A stretch of 40,904 nucleotides of DNA from Candidatus Micrarchaeota archaeon (GTDB lineage Archaea > Micrarchaeota > Micrarchaeia > Anstonellales > JAGGVH01): assembly GCA_021158105.1 (NCBI GenBank), contig JAGGVH010000037.1, positions 1-40,904 on the forward strand, in the 5' to 3' direction. This document shows positions 28,657-40,880 of the stretch, piece by piece (within the stretch, counting starts at the first letter, position 1; every line of letters starts with the position of its first letter). The notes under the pieces are model-generated. The model saw nothing but the letters and a program-made list of their open reading frames with translations, did not search any database and was not told where the DNA came from. The position numbers and the translations under genes are program-made.

Positions 28657-29817
28657 CTATTCTTCTCCTTTAAAAACCTTTACGACCTCACTCGCAGGCG
28701 CATCTGTCCTTATACCTGTCGGAGTAAAATGTGTAGGCGCTGCATAATACCCCTCACTCGTGAGTTTATCAATAACATCATTATTCTTAGGAGATGACAA
28801 CCTTAGAACCTTTCCCATGTAATGCAGATCATAATACAACAACCCTTTTTCGTTCAACATAATGTTGATAATCTTAAGCGCTCTGTCTTCTTTTCTCTCA
28901 ATTGCGATCTGTTTCATCCTTTTTAATACCTCTGGACTGTGTAGTTCACTCAAATATATTAGGCCGCCAATGAGTTCATCGTTATTCTTTTCTAACCCTT
29001 GTGAATAAAACTGATTAAGAGGTATGGAGTGGTATTCAAACGTCTTAGGATTAAACTTCACATAGCCCAAATTATTTAATTCCTGCTCCCTTGCACCAAC
29101 TGCACCGCGAACAACATAACATATAACTTTAACATAATGCCTGTGAGAAAAACTCATCAACGGCATAATCTTATAATCATACTCATGTGCAACCCTGGCA
29201 ATGTGCGCAAGCAAGATCCGCGTGCCAAACTCATACAAGAACATGTCATGAATAGGTTTGGAATGGTAAATCTTAGGTGTTGCCCTGCGATGCGCGCCAT
29301 GTAGCACTGCTGTATCAGTGGCAGTCACAGACAACACTGCCTTTTTTGTTGAAGAATTTGAAAGGAATGAACTTACACTCGCATGAAGATAAGGTGCAGG
29401 CGTGCCAAACGGGTCCAATTCAATAAAATTATATTCATGATGAGTGCTAAGATGAGTCAATATATTCTCACAGAACACACCAGCAGAAGATGAAAGATTA
29501 TTAAGCATAATATTTTTTTCTATGACCGGACAAACACGTCGGTTCGCTTCAACAAAATTAACAAGCTCAACATTATCATTCTCTTTTACATACCGCAAAC
29601 CGCGAATCCCAGAAGCTGCAAACCCGTCACAGATCTTAAGTTTATCATTAAGGTTGCCAAGCGCACCCACCAATAATGACGACATTGTCCTGTTCAGCTC
29701 CATCTGCGGATTGTAGAATGCTCTACCTATAACAAATTTCACATTACCCTCTACTAAAATCTTATCACTGTTTACATTACCAGTATTATCACTCATCACA
29801 AATAATAAAAGCCACAA
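28657..29817 (-). CDS. trm1: tRNA (guanine(26)-N2)-dimethyltransferase Trm1
   Basis: FYNPQMELNRT, SGIRGLRY, ELDPFGTPAPYL, VTATDTAVLHGAH and THFTPTGIRTDAP align along the whole length with archaeal Trm1. Confidence 0.75.
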   Translation of the reverse strand: MWLLLFVMSDNTGNVNSDKILVEGNVKFVIGRAFYNPQMELNRTMSSLLVGALGNLNDKLKICDGFAASGIRGLRYVKENDNVELVNFVEANRRVCPVIEKNIMLNNLSSSAGVFCENILTHLSTHHEYNFIELDPFGTPAPYLHASVSSFLSNSSTKKAVLSVTATDTAVLHGAHRRATPKIYHSKPIHDMFLYEFGTRILLAHIARVAHEYDYKIMPLMSFSHRHYVKVICYVVRGAVGAREQELNNLGYVKFNPKTFEYHSIPLNQFYSQGLEKNNDELIGGLIYLSELHSPEVLKRMKQIAIERKEDRALKIINIMLNEKGLLYYDLHYMGKVLRLSSPKNNDVIDKLTSEGYYAAPTHFTPTGIRTDAPASEVVKVFKGEE

Positions 29818-30055
29818 AATTTAAAAATTAATGATATGATATCCACATTGATTTTGTTTTATAATCCAAAAATATTAATTTGATTAATAATATATAAACA
29901 TGTTAAAAAAATACATTGTCTGTTATAAATAATAGTTTAATAAGTAATAAATTTATCTCGTAAAAAACTAGTTATTAAAAAAGTAATGAAAAACAGGTAA
30001 ACATTTATAAACAAACCTTCAGACATGAGTTACAAGCTATATTAAAAAACCATAA

Positions 30056-31987
<1,932 letters not shown>

Positions 31988-32006
31988 TGCGGTGATGTAT
32001 AGGTGA

Positions 32007-34397
32007 TTGATAATGGAGATAATAAAACCTGTTGAAAAAGAGATGAAAGAATCTTATATTGATTATTCTATGAGCGTAATCGTAGGCCGCGCACTTCCTG
32101 ATGTGAGGGACGGATTAAAACCTGTCCACCGCAGGATATTGTATGCAATGTATTCAATGGGTAACGTTCACAATAAACCGTACAAAAAGAGTGCGAGGAT
32201 TGTCGGCGAAGTGTTGGGTAAATACCATCCGCATGGCGATACTGCAGTGTATGATTCCATGGTCAGAATGGCACAGGAATTCTCGATGCGTTATGTATTG
32301 ATAGACGGTCAGGGCAACTTCGGGTCGGTTGACGGTGATTCTGCGGCTGCGATGAGGTATACTGAAGCGCGGTTGTCACAACTCGGAGAAAGCATGTTAA
32401 AAAACATTGAAAAGGATACGATTGATTTTATTCCAAACTTTGACGGTACATTGAACGAGCCGACAGTGCTGCCCACAAGAATACCAAACCTTATCATTAA
32501 CGGGTCATCAGGAATCGCGGTCGGTATGGCAACCAATATGTTGCCCCATAACTTGAACGAAGTGATTGACGCGTTGATACTGTTGATTGACAACCCAAAC
32601 AGCAGTCTTGATGACATAATAAAACATTTGCCAGGGCCTGACTTTCCCACTGGCGGAATAATAATGGGGAGAAGAGGAATATTAAGCGCTTATGCTCATG
32701 GCAGGGGCAGTATAACAGTAAGGGCCAAGACTGAGATTGTCGAGACAAAGAAAGGAGCACAGATCAGGATAACAGAACTACCTTACCAAACCAATAAGGC
32801 CAACATGATTTCTAAGATTGCAACACTTGTCAAGAATAAAAAACTTGAAGGGATAAGGGACATCAAGGACATGTCAGACCGAAGAGGGTTATTGGTCATT
32901 ATTGATATTGAAAAAGGGTATGATGCAAACGTTGTGCTCAATAATTTATACAAGCATACCGACCTTGAAAAGAATTTTGGAGTTATTAACTTAGCACTTG
33001 TTAATGGCGTGCCGCGGCTGCTGAACATGAAACAATTGTTGACAAAGTTTATTGAATTCCGAAGAGAAGTCGTGCTTAGAAGGACAAAGTTTGACCTTGC
33101 GAAGGCTGAAGAGAGAAGACATATCGTCCAAGGATTAATCATAGCAGTTAACAATATTGATGACACTGTCAGGATTGTTAAGCAGGCAAACGACCCGAAA
33201 GATGCAGCAGAACAGTTAATGGCACAGTTTGGGATAACTGATAAGCAGGCAAAAGCTATACTGGACATGAAACTTCAGAGGTTGACGGGACTGGAAAGGA
33301 ATAAACTTGACAGTGAACTTAAAGAACTTGAAGACAAGATTAGAGAGTATAAGAACATTATTGAAAATGATAATGTCTTGATGAATGTGATAAAAGAAGA
33401 GCTTGTTGAAGTTAAAAATAAATTTGGCGATAAGAGAAGGACTGAAATTTCAGAGGATTTTGAAGAAGTTATCGAAGATGACGAACTTGTAAATGATGAA
33501 GCAGTTGTTATAATATTAACACAGAACGGTTATGTCAAACGTGTTCCGCTTGATGAATACAAGGCGCAGGGCAGAGGAGGAAAAGGAGTCATAGGAATTA
33601 AAACAAAAGAGGACATGGTCAAAGACATCATAACTGCTAAGAACAGGGACTGGTTGTTAGTGTTCACTGACAACGGCAAAGTATACTGGTTAAAAACGTA
33701 CAGGATACCTGAGATGGGACGGTATGCGCAGGGAAGGCACATCAAAAACCTGTTACAGATTGGAGATGCTAACGTTCGCGCTGTCATCCCGGTCAGGGAA
33801 TGGGACGGTTACCTGTTCACTGTAACAGAAAAAGGCGTTGTAAAAAGGACAAGGTTGTCAGCGTACAGCCACCCGCGGGCGACAGGCATAATCGCATTAA
33901 AACTTAAAGAGGGTGATAGAGTTGTCGACGTTAAGAAGACAAGCGGTACTGATGACGTGATAATAATAACACACAATGGCATGGCAATACGGTTTGATGA
34001 GAACGATGCGCGGGAGATCGGACGGACCGGGCAAGGCGTGAGAGGCATCAGATTACGCGGTGATGACAAAGTTGTGTCACTGTGCATTGCAAAGGGCCAG
34101 ATATTAACGATTACTGAACAGGGTTACGGCAAACGGACAAACGTTGACAATTATAGGAAGCAACACAGGGGCGGCCACGGAGTCATCGGGATTAAAACTG
34201 TAAAAGGCAGAGTTGTGTCAGCGCATAATGTTTCTGATGATGACGAGGTTATACTGTTAAGTTCATCAGGCAGGATGGTCAGGATACCTGTGAATTCAAT
34301 AAGAGAAGTAGGAAGGAACACAATCGGTGTAAGATTGATGAGGTTGGACGAAGGAGAAAACGTTGTAGCCAGTACAGTGATCAAAACCAGTAAGTAA
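32007..34397 (+). CDS. gyrA: DNA gyrase subunit A
   Basis: [29 protein letters not shown], active-site [10 protein letters not shown] and a C-terminal beta-pinwheel repeat region. It follows gyrB by 19 bp. Confidence 0.9.
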   Translation: MIMEIIKPVEKEMKESYIDYSMSVIVGRALPDVRDGLKPVHRRILYAMYSMGNVHNKPYKKSARIVGEVLGKYHPHGDTAVYDSMVRMAQEFSMRYVLIDGQGNFGSVDGDSAAAMRYTEARLSQLGESMLKNIEKDTIDFIPNFDGTLNEPTVLPTRIPNLIINGSSGIAVGMATNMLPHNLNEVIDALILLIDNPNSSLDDIIKHLPGPDFPTGGIIMGRRGILSAYAHGRGSITVRAKTEIVETKKGAQIRITELPYQTNKANMISKIATLVKNKKLEGIRDIKDMSDRRGLLVIIDIEKGYDANVVLNNLYKHTDLEKNFGVINLALVNGVPRLLNMKQLLTKFIEFRREVVLRRTKFDLAKAEERRHIVQGLIIAVNNIDDTVRIVKQANDPKDAAEQLMAQFGITDKQAKAILDMKLQRLTGLERNKLDSELKELEDKIREYKNIIENDNVLMNVIKEELVEVKNKFGDKRRTEISEDFEEVIEDDELVNDEAVVIILTQNGYVKRVPLDEYKAQGRGGKGVIGIKTKEDMVKDIITAKNRDWLLVFTDNGKVYWLKTYRIPEMGRYAQGRHIKNLLQIGDANVRAVIPVREWDGYLFTVTEKGVVKRTRLSAYSHPRATGIIALKLKEGDRVVDVKKTSGTDDVIIITHNGMAIRFDENDAREIGRTGQGVRGIRLRGDDKVVSLCIAKGQILTITEQGYGKRTNVDNYRKQHRGGHGVIGIKTVKGRVVSAHNVSDDDEVILLSSSGRMVRIPVNSIREVGRNTIGVRLMRLDEGENVVASTVIKTSK

Positions 34398-34403
34398 ATT
34401 TGT

Positions 34404-35144
34404 TTATTTTAATGTACGCAAAAACTTATTGACAGCAGTGGTGATGTCTGTTTTCTCAGATATACCTTTCCATTTATCAACATTGCGCACAAGATTCACC
34501 ACTACTATGTCTGCACCATTAAACACTGCACTTTCAGCTTCCTTAAAACTGATCCCGCCAGCAGCCGATATCACAACATTAAACTTGCTTCGTATCCTCC
34601 TAACATGACGATATTCAATAAGTTTACCCCATACATTCTCTTCATCTCTACCTATGTGCAACTCAACAACATTTGGGGGCGTTTTAAGTTTACGCAGAAC
34701 TTTTAACGGGTCATCAACATGTATCATATCAATCACTGATGACATATTAAACTTTTTGCACTCTGCAATAAACAAATCGATTGTTTCTTTTGATGATGTT
34801 CCCAATACAGTGGCAGCATTTGCACCACTTAATGCAACTTCCTCAACTTCCTGAACTGCACCGTCTGTAGTTTTGATATCAGCAAGGATTAATCCATTCC
34901 ACAGCTTCCTAACATTTTTTATTGCATCAGAACCTTCAAGTTTAATGTATGGCGTTCCTACTTCAATAATTATGTTATCCTCTTTAGGGATCTGACAAAG
35001 AATTCTTTCCATGAATACTGTATCATAATTGAATGCGATCTGAAGATATCTTTTACTTTGAACTATGACGTTAGACTCCAACGGTTTAGAAAACAAACTG
35101 TTTGCTGTAATGACAGAACTGGCATGTGGATTCATCTTATGCAC
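34404..35144 (-). CDS. OMP-decarboxylase-superfamily protein, probably 3-hexulose-6-phosphate synthase (HPS)-like
   Basis: LQIAFNYDT...IIIEVGTPYIK...LADIKTTDGA...GANAATVLG... matches the HPS/KGPDC pattern (LQVALD, EVGT, ADxK). There is an N-terminal extension of about 30 aa. Confidence 0.5.
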   Translation of the reverse strand: MHKMNPHASSVITANSLFSKPLESNVIVQSKRYLQIAFNYDTVFMERILCQIPKEDNIIIEVGTPYIKLEGSDAIKNVRKLWNGLILADIKTTDGAVQEVEEVALSGANAATVLGTSSKETIDLFIAECKKFNMSSVIDMIHVDDPLKVLRKLKTPPNVVELHIGRDEENVWGKLIEYRHVRRIRSKFNVVISAAGGISFKEAESAVFNGADIVVVNLVRNVDKWKGISEKTDITTAVNKFLRTLK

Positions 35145-35156
35145 CAGAATTATATT

Positions 35157-35966
35157 TTATTTGCCCTTACCTTTAACGGTTTCTGTTAACAATTTACTCA
35201 ATTCCCCAAACTGGGTGGGTAATAATATAACTATCTTCTCAGACGGGTCAGCTGCAATATCAGACACTGTCTGCAGAGTCCTAAGCATTATCCCGCTGCC
35301 GGCCGGGGACGATGCCAATTTCTTGGCGGCATAAGTTAAGTTCTCAGCAGCATTCTTTTCACCCTCTGATTTGATAATGATGGCGCGCCTTTCCCGTTCA
35401 GCTTCAGCTTGTGCAGCCATTGCACGTTTCATCTCAGCAGGCAGTTCAATGTCTTGCATGCGAATCGCTTCAATGTCAATGCCCCAAGAGTCTGTTTCAA
35501 CATCAACTATCTTACCGATCTTCTCACCAATCTGCTCCCTTTTTTCTAACACTTCATCAAGCTCAACACCGCCAACCACATCCCTTAACGCAGTCTGAGC
35601 ATATTGGCTGACTGCATATGTATAATCCTGTATCTCAATAGTCGCTTTGACAGGGTCTTTCACCTTAAAATAAACTACACCGTTAACCTTCACTGGAACA
35701 TTATCAGAAGTCATGACTTCCTGAGTAGGAATGTCTATCGTTTTAATTCTCATGTCAACCTTGCGCATCGTTTCAAGCAGTGGTATTACAAAGTTTAACC
35801 CGGGTTTTAACGTGCCAACATATTTGCCAAGCCTGAATTTGACTCCGCGCTCATACTGATAAATGATTTTAATTGAATTTAACATTATACCCAACAATAT
35901 CAAAAATAATGTGCCAAACAAGTATACAAAACCAATCAGAACACCACTCATAAAATCACCAATCAA
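35157..35966 (-). CDS. SPFH/band-7 (stomatin/prohibitin-like) membrane protein
   Basis: An N-terminal TM helix is followed by YERGVKFRLGKYVGTLKPGLNFVIPLLE, the classic stomatin-family core, and then an Ala/Glu-rich coiled coil. Confidence 0.75.
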   Translation of the reverse strand: MIGDFMSGVLIGFVYLFGTLFLILLGIMLNSIKIIYQYERGVKFRLGKYVGTLKPGLNFVIPLLETMRKVDMRIKTIDIPTQEVMTSDNVPVKVNGVVYFKVKDPVKATIEIQDYTYAVSQYAQTALRDVVGGVELDEVLEKREQIGEKIGKIVDVETDSWGIDIEAIRMQDIELPAEMKRAMAAQAEAERERRAIIIKSEGEKNAAENLTYAAKKLASSPAGSGIMLRTLQTVSDIAADPSEKIVILLPTQFGELSKLLTETVKGKGK

Positions 35967-36037
35967 TCTATCATAACAAAGTTTATAAATCTTTATATAA
36001 GCTGTTTTAATGTGAAAAATAAAAATGGGAAAATGTA

Positions 36038-36871
36038 TTAAAACAAAAAGTCAGATGGTTCAATAGAACGAATTATCAATTTATACATAGGTTTATTAGA
36101 AGTGCTACTCTTAACAAATGCAGCATACTTGGGACTAAAAAAGAATGAGGAATCTTTAACAATAAAATCACCTGTGTTTATCAATTCTTTAGCCAATTCT
36201 TTTGATCTGTCACGACCAATGCCACTCCTTTCTAATATCTCAATAATTTCGTCTAATGAATACCATCTATTTTTTTTAAACATCTTAACAAGATTAAGAT
36301 TAGCTTTTATACATGTATTTTTTGGATAATCATAATTATCCGGTGCAAATGATTTCAAATCAGTTTCATGCAAAGGCGACATTTTTTGCCAACACCATGC
36401 TTTAATAGGTGTTTTTGTCTCAAGAATTTCTTTTATTGACATATCATTAAATTTATTATTAGGGTTTTTTGCTAACCTGTATTTGTCAGGAGATCCAATC
36501 CTTATAATTTTTTCAAATCCCACATAGATCGGCGTATCTAAAATAAATCCTATCACAAAACCCCCACATGTGATCAACTCTTCAGATAACTCTTTTGACC
36601 TAGGATAACTAATATTATTCTTCTCTAAAATGTCGATAACCTCTTCAAATGTATAAGGTTGCGACTTTACTTTAAACGGGTTCTTTGTCAGTCCAAACAT
36701 CTTTACAAGCTTAGCATTGGCCTTAAAATATGTTGAAATTTTATTTAAGTCTTTCCCAGGAGCAAACAGAGCCACCTCTTCTTGGGTTAAAGGAGTCAGT
36801 TTTACTGTACCAATAGTAGAGTGATAAAATGTATTATCCCTTATATCTTTTGAAACTGCCATAGATTGCAT
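36038..36871 (-). CDS. Hypothetical protein with internal tandem duplication (two ~130-aa repeats)
   Basis: Repeat 1 ...FKVKSQPYTFEEVIDILEKNNISYPRSKELSEELITCGGFVIG and repeat 2 ...FKKNRWYSLDEIIEILERSGIGRDRSKELAKELINTGDFIVK. Each repeat is preceded by a FAP(G/D)...KANxxLVKMF segment. Confidence 0.45.
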   Translation of the reverse strand: MQSMAVSKDIRDNTFYHSTIGTVKLTPLTQEEVALFAPGKDLNKISTYFKANAKLVKMFGLTKNPFKVKSQPYTFEEVIDILEKNNISYPRSKELSEELITCGGFVIGFILDTPIYVGFEKIIRIGSPDKYRLAKNPNNKFNDMSIKEILETKTPIKAWCWQKMSPLHETDLKSFAPDNYDYPKNTCIKANLNLVKMFKKNRWYSLDEIIEILERSGIGRDRSKELAKELINTGDFIVKDSSFFFSPKYAAFVKSSTSNKPMYKLIIRSIEPSDFLF

Positions 36872-36900
36872 TTAAATCCCCATTATAATAATACATAGTA

Positions 36901-37716
36901 ATGTTTATAAATATGTTTACATATGTATTTAATATGAAAATTAAAGATATATTTTACGACAAAATTAATAAGTATCCAAAACTCCTAACACGACCCAAGA
37001 ATAGTGCTGCTGTGTTTACTAAGAATTCCTTATTCATAATAGAGAAGAGCAACGGAACTAACGGTTTTGGGAATGGCGAAATAATATCAATAACAACTTT
37101 TAGAATGTCAAGACTTGGAGAACCTACACAGTTTGGGAAGTTTAAAGATGCAGTCGAACGCGCCAAGTCAATGGGGTTGAAAATTAAAGGCCTGCCAAGG
37201 ATGCTGATCACCATCGAACATGATAAGAAGATTGAAGTTACAACTGATGAAGAAGTCATGTATTACACGTTTTCTGAGAATTATTGGAACATGCTATGGC
37301 TTCCTGACACGTTTGCAGACTGGAAAGATACTTCAAACTATTATTATAAAAAACAGTTTAATTATTGGTTTACGCTGCACAGGAATGATAATGCTAAAGG
37401 TATAGTGTTTGTCAACCGCGGCGTCATAATAAATGACATATCAATGTCCAGTTCAACATATTCATACAACGTCCGCGGGTGGACTGGACTGACCAAGTAT
37501 GGACGGTCTGAATACATTACACTGGTCAGGATTGACGGGGCGCACGGGTATTATCATATACATTTTAGCGAGGTCAAGAATGGTGGGATGGTATTACTAC
37601 CAAGTTATGACGTTCAGAATATTGAAGTGAGAGTGTCAGAATCCAAGCTGAAATACCTAAACAGAAAACTTAAACGGTTGAACGAAAAAGAAAAAGGATT
37701 AGTAATCGTTGGCTAA
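36901..37716 (+). CDS. Hypothetical protein
   Basis: 271-aa ORF, aromatic-rich. No motif recognised. Confidence 0.45.
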   Translation: MFINMFTYVFNMKIKDIFYDKINKYPKLLTRPKNSAAVFTKNSLFIIEKSNGTNGFGNGEIISITTFRMSRLGEPTQFGKFKDAVERAKSMGLKIKGLPRMLITIEHDKKIEVTTDEEVMYYTFSENYWNMLWLPDTFADWKDTSNYYYKKQFNYWFTLHRNDNAKGIVFVNRGVIINDISMSSSTYSYNVRGWTGLTKYGRSEYITLVRIDGAHGYYHIHFSEVKNGGMVLLPSYDVQNIEVRVSESKLKYLNRKLKRLNEKEKGLVIVG

Positions 37717-37717
37717 A

Positions 37718-38533
37718 TTATTTTTTGCATATTATCATAAAATGTTCACTGATTCCAACAATGCTGGGTTCTGTACATGTATTGATATGCGTTTCCCATA
37801 AGATTGCATTATACTTTTTTAATTTGTAAATTTTATTATACCTCTTTTCATGAGTTGAAAAGATGCCTTCAAGACCAACCATTTTCACAACTCTTGTTTT
37901 AGTTTCAAATTCTCCCTTCAATTCTTCAGGTGAATAAAGGTGGAGCGGTGCAAATCCATACCCTCCATAGTAATCCCCTTTTAGAGTATACCTCCTATAA
38001 ACATCCGGTTTTTTGAGCATTTCAGGCATTAAATAATTGATTGAATTCATGCATACTGCTAATCTACCTATTACAGAAACAAAAATTGGAGCATTTTTCT
38101 TTGCAACCCTTATTAATTCACTTATTGCTTTTTTTCTCTGCCTTTTATTTACAAGATGTGATAGTGCTCCACCCAAACAAAGAACAGAATCAAACGTATT
38201 ATCCTCAAACATTGAAAGATTGTCAATAGAACCTTGTACAACATTTTTTACTTTGTCCTGGACGTTTTCTTTTTTAATTTTCTTCTTTGCAATATTTAAT
38301 AATTCTGGGGCAAGGTCCAACAAAACAACATTATACCCCTTTTTCGCTAAATAAATAGTATACCTACCCGGACCACCACCAGCATCTAAAATCAAACCTT
38401 TACGCGGAAGGTAATGGTTAAGAAAATGTTTAGTTGTTTCAAACTCTACCTGGTTATATGGACTTTTAATTAACCTTCTCCATTCTTTAACCCCATATTC
38501 TTCATAAAATTTTTTAACAAGTTTTTTTGTCAT
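37718..38533 (-). CDS. Class I SAM-dependent methyltransferase
   Basis: Motif I ILDAGGGPGRYTIYLAKKGYNVVLLDLAPELL (GxGxG plus an acidic residue ending beta-2). Confidence 0.6.
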   Translation of the reverse strand: MTKKLVKKFYEEYGVKEWRRLIKSPYNQVEFETTKHFLNHYLPRKGLILDAGGGPGRYTIYLAKKGYNVVLLDLAPELLNIAKKKIKKENVQDKVKNVVQGSIDNLSMFEDNTFDSVLCLGGALSHLVNKRQRKKAISELIRVAKKNAPIFVSVIGRLAVCMNSINYLMPEMLKKPDVYRRYTLKGDYYGGYGFAPLHLYSPEELKGEFETKTRVVKMVGLEGIFSTHEKRYNKIYKLKKYNAILWETHINTCTEPSIVGISEHFMIICKK

Positions 38534-38612
38534 GAGGATATTTAAATCAAATAAGTTTTTAAAGTGGACTTAAAATATTTGAACATGAAATATTTCATAA
38601 ATACTATTTATG

Positions 38613-39263
38613 TTATGTCAATTCATACTTTTCAACTGGAAATTCGTTAAACATAAACCGGTTCTTTGGCACATCTAAAACATAAACAGGTTTGCCATAC
38701 TTTAACCCGAATTTTAAAGTCCATAAACTTCCACTGTTTGGTCTTGCCTCAACAATTATAACCTTATCAGCAAGCTGGACCATTAATTCATTCCTCTGGA
38801 CAAAATGATACTTTTCAGTTTGTACCCAGTCATCAAACTGGGACAGGATTAAAGCGTTATGCTCAAGTGCATGCTTAAACATACAGATGTTTCCTTGCGG
38901 CGTAGGCCTAGTGATCGGCACTGGGAAAACAATTATTTGTCTGCCCAAGTATACAACAGTCATCTTTATAACTTCAAAATCTATCCCTATCGCACCGCCA
39001 GTGATTATTATGTTTGATTGCTTGATTTCGTTCTCTGCAATATCAACAGCTGCAAGACGTCCGCTAAAACTTGCACGCCTACTTCCTGCGATCAATGTTT
39101 TTGGAGAATCTTCAAGAATGTTAATGTTGCCAAGATAATTAACCTTGACAGTCCTGTTATCACATCTTAAACGTATTTTGCCCATTGGCATAAAACGTAT
39201 AAATCTGTTCCAATCATTGATTATATGGCTGTGCGAACGAGTCTGTGAATAAGACATAAACAT
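38613..39263 (-). CDS. DprA/Smf-like Rossmann-fold (SLOG-type) protein
   Basis: IIITGGAIGIDFEVIKMTV...GRQIIVFPV...NALILSQFD resembles the DprA core (GxAxGID...H..AL...IAV...ISE). The track start at 39347 is TTG. The start was set at ATG 39263/39257, immediately downstream of a TATA-like element, so the transcript is probably leaderless. Confidence 0.45.
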   Translation of the reverse strand: MFMSYSQTRSHSHIINDWNRFIRFMPMGKIRLRCDNRTVKVNYLGNINILEDSPKTLIAGSRRASFSGRLAAVDIAENEIKQSNIIITGGAIGIDFEVIKMTVVYLGRQIIVFPVPITRPTPQGNICMFKHALEHNALILSQFDDWVQTEKYHFVQRNELMVQLADKVIIVEARPNSGSLWTLKFGLKYGKPVYVLDVPKNRFMFNEFPVEKYELT

Positions 39264-39307
39264 GTTATGTGTGAAAAAGTTTAAAAGTATTAGCACATCG
39301 GTTGGGG
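39264..39307 (-). promoter_or_regulatory. Promoter element (TATA-like) nearly identical to 19793..19832
   Basis: Plus strand GTTATGTGTGAAAAAGTTTAAAAGTATTAG...TTGGGG shares TTATGTGTGAAAA[T/A]GTTTAAAA[A/G]TATT with the copy upstream of gene 18973..19758. Confidence 0.4.
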
Positions 39308-39323
39308 CATAGATATAAAACTT

Positions 39324-39388
39324 GTATTTTGTAAAATCATTGGACAAAATACATTACATTTTGTAAAACTGTTGAACAAAATACAAAA
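39324..39388. repeat. Direct repeat copy 1: two tandem ~30-bp palindromic units (CATTTTGT-n11-ACAAAATR)
   Basis: ATTTTGTAAAATCATTGGACAAAATACAT plus CATTTTGTAAAACTGTTGAACAAAATACAA. It sits between the divergent DprA-like and ATPase genes. Confidence 0.6.
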
Positions 39389-39420
39389 GTTTAAAAATAT
39401 ATCTATATAAAACAACAAAT

Positions 39421-40623
39421 ATGAAAACTATGGATATTGAACTAATAAATGACATTATTGAGATGGATGCTAAAATGCGGAGCAACGTCCCAAAGATTAA
39501 AAGGTTTGATTACCCATCCATATTTAAACAAAATAAAGCGTTTACCGGCATCGCAGGACCCAAAGGTGCAGGAAAAACAGTCATGCTCAGACAAAAACTT
39601 TTAGAAACTGAGAATGCTTTATATATCTCATTAGACAGTATAGAAATAGATGATTTGTACAGTATTGTGAATTATTTTTCAGATGAACGAGGCATAAAAA
39701 CCTTTTTGTTTGATGAGATACATTACTATCGCAAATGGGAAAGAGATCTTAAGAAAATTTATGATTATCTCAATGTAAATGTCTATTTCACATCATCAGT
39801 CTCATTAAAGATATATAAAAGTTCATACGACTTAGGCAGAAGAGTTAGAATAAAAAAACTTTATCCCTTTTCATTAAGGGAATACCTGTTTTTTAAAGAG
39901 AATGTTAAAAAAGAAAAACTTAACATTAAAGATATATTCTCAAAAAAGAAAATAAAAGATATATTAAAATATGATTATCTTTATCCTCCGTATATAACTG
40001 GAGGATTATACCCCATGCAATTGGAAGACAACGAAGACCAAGATAAGTTTATGAACATAATCAAAAGCATCATCGAAAGGGATATCCCAAGAGCGTACAA
40101 TTATTCATTGGAAGATGTTTTTAATATAAAAGAAGTATTAAAATTTATAACAACATCACCAGTAGAGGGTGTATCATATTCTTCTATATCAAGAAATGTA
40201 GGAATAACAAAATACACTGTTATGAAGTATATCAAAGCTTTAGAAGATTCTTTCATCTTATCAGTAATTGAACCTAAAGGGACGAACATAAAAAAAGAAC
40301 CAAAAATATTAATATTTCCGCCATTCCGTGAAACATTTGCAAAAAATAATAATTTCCTGACCGGTTCAGTAAGAGAAGACTTCTTTATCCTATCAATGAA
40401 AATAGCAGGATACAATGATGTATACTATCTGAAAGGGATAAGAGGAAGAAAAACACCCGATTATTATATACCATCGGAAAATATGGTATTGGAGATAGGA
40501 GGGAAATCTAAATCGTTTACTCAGTTTAAATTTATAACTAAAAATATTAAAAAAGTAATATTGACCTACCCAGGAACACTAAAAGAAGGGACTGCACCGT
40601 TAATATCTGTTGGGTTTTTATAA
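39421..40623 (+). CDS. AAA+ ATPase, COG1373 family (AAA_14 + DUF4143)
   Basis: Walker A FTGIAGPKGAGKTVMLRQ and Walker B FLFDEIHY are present, with a DUF4143-like C-terminus. It is a paralog of 27264..28508, has a TATA-rich upstream region, and is flanked by direct repeats. Confidence 0.65.
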   Translation: MKTMDIELINDIIEMDAKMRSNVPKIKRFDYPSIFKQNKAFTGIAGPKGAGKTVMLRQKLLETENALYISLDSIEIDDLYSIVNYFSDERGIKTFLFDEIHYYRKWERDLKKIYDYLNVNVYFTSSVSLKIYKSSYDLGRRVRIKKLYPFSLREYLFFKENVKKEKLNIKDIFSKKKIKDILKYDYLYPPYITGGLYPMQLEDNEDQDKFMNIIKSIIERDIPRAYNYSLEDVFNIKEVLKFITTSPVEGVSYSSISRNVGITKYTVMKYIKALEDSFILSVIEPKGTNIKKEPKILIFPPFRETFAKNNNFLTGSVREDFFILSMKIAGYNDVYYLKGIRGRKTPDYYIPSENMVLEIGGKSKSFTQFKFITKNIKKVILTYPGTLKEGTAPLISVGFL

Positions 40624-40640
40624 TATTATCTATTGCAATC

Positions 40641-40706
40641 TGCATTTTGTAAAATCATTGAACAAAATACATAACATTTTGTAAAACTGTTGAACAAAAT
40701 GCAAAA
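40641..40706. repeat. Direct repeat copy 2: two tandem palindromic units, ~93% identical to 39324..39388
   Basis: CATTTTGTAAAATCATTGAACAAAATACAT plus CATTTTGTAAAACTGTTGAACAAAATGCAA, starting 18 bp after the ATPase stop codon. Confidence 0.6.
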
Positions 40707-40858
40707 TATAATATGTTTATTATACCCGATATGCTTTTTAAGTTTGAATTCACTTATGCATCTTTAATTTGTGTCATTTTAAATCACCATATAATCGATT
40801 TTATGTTAATTACATTATGCATAAATTTTAGAAATATTTATCTTTTATTCTGGCAGAT

Positions 40859-40880
40859 AGTTTCCTTTTGAAAAGGAAAC
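40859..40880. repeat. Perfect 22-bp palindrome GTTTCCTTTTGAAAAGGAAAC (possible terminator or protein-binding site), with a further TTTCCTTTT copy after it
   Basis: The two 10-nt arms are perfectly complementary around a GA centre. A degenerate copy of the TTTTGT...AAA motif follows (ACTTTTGTGCAAATCTTTCCTTTT). The window ends 24 bp later. Confidence 0.4.

Noticed and set aside
38613-39347. Track ORF start at 39347 for the DprA-like gene
   Set aside because: The codon at 39347 is TTG, and the first 28 codons overlap a promoter element that is duplicated upstream of another gene. The ATG at 39263/39257 with a TATA-like box about 25 bp upstream is the more likely leaderless start.
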